Assembly (NCBI GenBank): GCA_028285795.1
Contig: JAPYNL010000033.1
Coordinates: 6,447 to 70,446, forward strand
Reading direction: 5' to 3'
Length of the DNA stretch: 64,000 bases
Source of the DNA: Arenicellales bacterium
GTDB lineage: Bacteria > Pseudomonadota > Gammaproteobacteria > Arenicellales > Poriferihabitantaceae
Numbering within the stretch: the first letter of the stretch is position 1; each line of letters begins with the position of its first letter. Shown piece by piece: positions 61,348 through 64,000 of this stretch. A program made the translations under genes and the position numbers. Under the pieces are notes generated by a model. The model saw only the letters and a list, made by a program, of their open reading frames with translations, did not search any database and was not told where the DNA came from.

Positions 61348-61638
61348 TTAACCTTCCAAGACGGCCATAATGTCGTCTTCGCGCATCACGAGTATGTCTT
61401 CACCGTCGATCTTGACTTCGGTACCCGAATATTTTCCGAACAAAACCGAATCGCCAACCTTGACATCAAGCCCTCGAATTTCACCGTTATCGAGTTTCTT
61501 GCCATTGCCAACAGCGATAACCTCGCCTTTCATCGGCTTTTCAGTTGCGGTATCCGGAATCACAATGCCACCGGGGCTGGTACGCTCATCTTCGGTCCGT
61601 CTGACGACAACCCGATCATGAAGTGGACGCATTTTCAT
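61348..61638 (-). CDS. groS: Co-chaperonin GroES
   Basis: [14 protein letters not shown] is the standard start, preceded by AGGAGA. The tracked ORF extends to 61683. Confidence 0.96.
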   Translation of the reverse strand: MKMRPLHDRVVVRRTEDERTSPGGIVIPDTATEKPMKGEVIAVGNGKKLDNGEIRGLDVKVGDSVLFGKYSGTEVKIDGEDILVMREDDIMAVLEG

Positions 61639-61730
61639 TTGATCAAATCTCCTGTTAATGATTTTGTTAAGTGATAGAACCATTCACACTCGGCAGTGCT
61701 TCACATACAGCAATATGTAGGCTTGTCTGA

Positions 61731-61757
61731 TTAGCACTCGTAACGAGTGAGTGCTAA
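61731..61757 (-). promoter_or_regulatory. CIRCE operator (HrcA binding site)
   Basis: TTAGCACTC-gtaacgagt-GAGTGCTAA is a perfect 9-N9-9 match to the CIRCE consensus, 93-119 nt upstream of the groES ATG. Confidence 0.9.
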
Positions 61758-61785
61758 TAGTGGTGATGACTCAAAAGATTTCAAG
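61758..61785 (-). promoter_or_regulatory. Sigma32-like heat-shock promoter upstream of groES
   Basis: On the minus strand, CTTGAAA (61779-61785) is followed by a 13-nt spacer and then CACCACTAT, a partial match to CCCCATnT. It directly abuts CIRCE. Confidence 0.4.
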
Positions 61786-61999
61786 TGGTCAGCGGAGATT
61801 TTTTGTACCTTTCATTTTCGGAGTCTGGACAGGTCTTCACAAATCATTCGCCAATAGCAGTCAAGCAGGTAAATCGGGGGATTCCTTTGCACTGCATTGG
61901 CAATTCCATCGCAGGGTTCAATCATTGATGGCAATGCGCTTTGCCGGATCCCGAGTTCAGGATTCGTGCCAAATGGCAAGTTGTGACCCGGCAGGATGG

Positions 62000-62437
62000 C
62001 TAGTCGATTTCTCGATATTCTCCATCGATCACCCGCGAGCGACTTTGTGCCTGGCCCGATTGATTTCGTGCCTCTTCGCTAGCCGGTATTGAAAAGCCGT
62101 CAAACAGGCGCAGGATAATCCATTTTCGGAGCGATGGGGTCAAGCAGATAAATCCCACGACATCGGTCACGAAGCCGGGGGTCAGTAACAACGCTCCAGC
62201 GAGAAACAAGGCGAAACCTTCCATGATTTCAAGCCCCGGAACCCTTTTGCTGTCAAGCCGTTCCCGGATTCGCCTAATTGTTATCACGCCCTGCGCCTTG
62301 ACCAGCGTGATTCCAATCAAGGCGGTCAATACAACCAGTAAAATTGTCATGGGCGACCCAATGACGGAGCCGATCTGTATCAGAAAGTAGATCTCGGCAA
62401 GCGGAACAATCAAGAACAGTAGAAACAGGGTTTTCAT
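62000..62437 (-). CDS. fxsA: FxsA family membrane protein
   Basis: MKTLFLLFLIVPLAEIYFLIQIGSVIG and TPGFVTD are FxsA hallmarks, so I chose this internal Met. The tracked ORF extends to 62518. Confidence 0.85.
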   Translation of the reverse strand: MKTLFLLFLIVPLAEIYFLIQIGSVIGSPMTILLVVLTALIGITLVKAQGVITIRRIRERLDSKRVPGLEIMEGFALFLAGALLLTPGFVTDVVGFICLTPSLRKWIILRLFDGFSIPASEEARNQSGQAQSRSRVIDGEYREID

Positions 62438-62728
62438 CGAGTATTTCTTCAAGTCACACAAGACGGACACAACTTGTCGTGCAATTGCCATTACCTTATC
62501 GGGGCAGGCAGTTATCAAATAACAGCTTTTTCCCAGCCCGCCGAAGCCAGAACCGAGAAGCTCCGGTTATCGCAGTCTTATGCAGCAGGTTCATCATGAT
62601 GAAAGATTGTAGCAAGGTTTTGACATGCTTGAAAACAAGGAAACGGGAATTATTTTTTCATGCATTCTGAACAAGTTTTCCGAACAAGGCAAGCAACAAT
62701 AGACGGTATTTTGCCTTGATTCCTGCAT

Positions 62729-63160
62729 TCAAAAAATATCTATCGACATCCCCGTCGGTCCACCCCCTTCGGCAATGCCGGGCGAGGGAAGGCTCAAGAA
62801 CGATATGGCATGGTCCCAGTGGCCCGGCTCACGAAGCAGGATGTTTCCACCATGCCCATCCACAGGATCAAGAAGTCCCAGAATGCCCCCACTTTCCAAA
62901 GGGGATTCATCACTCAACCACACGAGCCGAATTTTCCGGCAACCCGGCCAAGACCATCCCGCACCGTCAATGGAATATAGTTGTCGCAATCGTTCTTCAG
63001 CCAGAATTGGACGTTCGCCCTTGTCCCGAAGTTCCGCATGTAAAACCGTGGACTTGAAACGCAGGGCATCCACAGGCGACAGCGACAAGGCCGGAAATGC
63101 ATCCATTGGGGTTGCCCCAGTCCTTTCGTCCTGCATCTCCGGTTGCGTTTCATCCGCCAC
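62729..63160 (-). CDS. Hypothetical protein, start uncertain
   Basis: It is the most protein-like of three overlapping ORFs here. It starts at a GTG with no clear SD. LLDPVDGHGGNILL weakly recalls the SUKH/SMI1-KNR4 motif, but I cannot support that assignment. Confidence 0.35.
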   Translation of the reverse strand: MADETQPEMQDERTGATPMDAFPALSLSPVDALRFKSTVLHAELRDKGERPILAEERLRQLYSIDGAGWSWPGCRKIRLVWLSDESPLESGGILGLLDPVDGHGGNILLREPGHWDHAISFLSLPSPGIAEGGGPTGMSIDIF

Positions 63161-63284
63161 TCAGACGATGCAGCATGTCTTCAGGGCCAGAAGGAAAAGC
63201 GGAAGATAGCCCGGCATCAGGATCACTTGATTGCTGCGTCCCGCAAACCGGTTTTGGGTGGTGGGCCAGCCTGCAGATCATCCC

Positions 63285-63312
63285 TGGACACGGAAGGCCA
63301 AACCGGTACAAT
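63285..63312 (+). promoter_or_regulatory. Sigma70-like promoter upstream of the Calx-beta gene
   Basis: TGGACA (63285-63290), a 16-nt spacer, then TACAAT (63307-63312). The predicted transcription start falls in or next to the C11 tract. Confidence 0.45.
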
Positions 63313-63315
63313 ACT

Positions 63316-63326
63316 CCCCCCCCCCC
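63316..63326. repeat. Homopolymeric C11 tract
   Basis: I counted 11 consecutive C residues directly in the sequence. The tract begins 4 nt downstream of the -10 hexamer and ends 21 nt upstream of the first candidate start codon. Confidence 0.95.
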
Positions 63327-63346
63327 TTGAGGCGCTCGCCGCCACA

Positions 63347-63892
63347 GTGCCGGGCACTCAATGCCGTCAACTGAAGAGACTGGTGCCGCTCATGGCCCTT
63401 GCCGTCTTCGTGCTGCCGAATGCCGGCCTTGCACAGCATTGCAAGGTCGAGATCGGATTCGAACAAGCACACCAGGTTGTCCTTGAAGGCAACGACGCAG
63501 TGGTTACGATCAACGCAGACTTTACCGGCTCCATACCCGATGACTACTCTGTCGATGTCGACTACCAGACAAACTCGACACCGATGTGGCAGTTCAGCCA
63601 GTCAAACGCCGGTGCGGTTGGTGCGGATGGCGGAGCGGTCAGCGGTGAGGATTACGAGGCACAAGGTCCCGGGTTCGGACGACTCACAAAAGCCAATCCT
63701 TCGGACACAATCCGAATTCCAGTCCATGACGATGCCGAGAAAGAACGGTTTGAGAGCTTCCATGTCAATCTCGCCATTCCCTTTGATCACACAAGCACGC
63801 ACCGGACCAGGGAACAGGCCTGTTCGGATCCGGTGAAGCGTTTCAGGAACAACCGCTATTTCTCGACCGTTCACATTAGAGACCAGAGTTGA
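63347..63892 (+). CDS. Secreted Calx-beta domain protein
   Basis: From the GTG at 63347 the N-terminus reads MPGTQCRQLKRLVPLMALAVFVLPNAGLA|QH, a signal-peptide-like sequence. Alternative starts are GTG at 63383 and ATG at 63392. VVLEGNDAVVTI...VDYQT...GAVSGEDYEA...IRIPVHDDAEKERFESFHVNL fits the Calx-beta pattern. Confidence 0.6.
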   Translation: MPGTQCRQLKRLVPLMALAVFVLPNAGLAQHCKVEIGFEQAHQVVLEGNDAVVTINADFTGSIPDDYSVDVDYQTNSTPMWQFSQSNAGAVGADGGAVSGEDYEAQGPGFGRLTKANPSDTIRIPVHDDAEKERFESFHVNLAIPFDHTSTHRTREQACSDPVKRFRNNRYFSTVHIRDQS

Positions 63893-63894
63893 CC

Positions 63895-63929
63895 GAAGCA
63901 GGGCCGGTCGTTACGGCCGGCCCTGCTTC
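63895..63929 (+). terminator. Strong 13-bp GC-rich hairpin after the Calx-beta gene (terminator-like, no U tract)
   Basis: GAAGCAGGGCCGG-tcgttacgg-CCGGCCCTGCTTC starts 3 nt after the stop codon. It is followed by CCCCTG rather than a T run. Confidence 0.45.
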
Positions 63930-64000
63930 CCCCTGAACCTTTCCGCATCATTCTTCATCCCGGGGAAGTTTCCCGCGCGGTCAAGCATGTAATTTCCAAC

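Overview
The window reads as a gammaproteobacterial-type chromosomal segment of about 50% GC. It is densely coding, and almost all of it is core housekeeping. I call 59 protein-coding genes. I saw no rRNA, tRNA, CRISPR array, transposase, integrase or phage gene by eye.

Gene order, left to right:
- thyA-folA.
- A seven-gene minus-strand string carrying the complete propionyl-CoA to succinyl-CoA route: methylmalonyl-CoA mutase, pccB, pccA, meaB and the epimerase, followed by cmoA-cmoB.
- A Phd/YefM-type antitoxin with a PIN toxin.
- A MetX-like hydrolase.
- hemC-hemD-hemX-hemY.
- argS followed by a SPOR-domain gene.
- A SPL-like radical SAM gene followed by the malic enzyme gene.
- A short RnfB-like ferredoxin coupled to nth.
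- An ArsS-like radical SAM gene.
- yqaA and a yggT-like gene.
- A DUF4212 gene with a sodium:solute symporter.
- A small accessory stretch: a hypothetical gene, an aldo-keto reductase, a PhyH-family gene, fdhD, DUF3305 and DUF3306.
- The long conserved cluster rpsB-tsf-frr-uppS-cdsA-dxr-rseP-bamA-skp-lpxD-fabZ-lpxA-lpxB-rnhB-dnaE, in Pseudomonas-type order but without pyrH.
- Divergent map-glnD, an AmgK-like kinase, ridA, galE, groES-groEL, fxsA, a hypothetical gene and a secreted Calx-beta protein.

I do not find a convincing new multi-gene system such as a defense island or mobile element. The observations most worth a second look are:
1. Ribosomal protein S2 carries a C-terminal extension of about 150 aa.
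2. A C11 homopolymer sits just downstream of a good sigma70-like promoter in front of the Calx-beta gene.
3. A perfect CIRCE operator is stacked on a sigma32-like promoter upstream of groES.
4. A membrane-anchor-less RnfB-like ferredoxin with a basic tail is translationally coupled to endonuclease III.
5. An evenly spaced GCCTGT/ACAGGC hexamer array lies upstream of the mutase operon.
6. fdhD-DUF3305-DUF3306 have no formate dehydrogenase catalytic genes nearby.
7. Two intergenic regions of 0.6-0.7 kb have no convincing ORF.

All calls rest on reading the translations and the DNA by eye. No database search or RNA covariance model was run.
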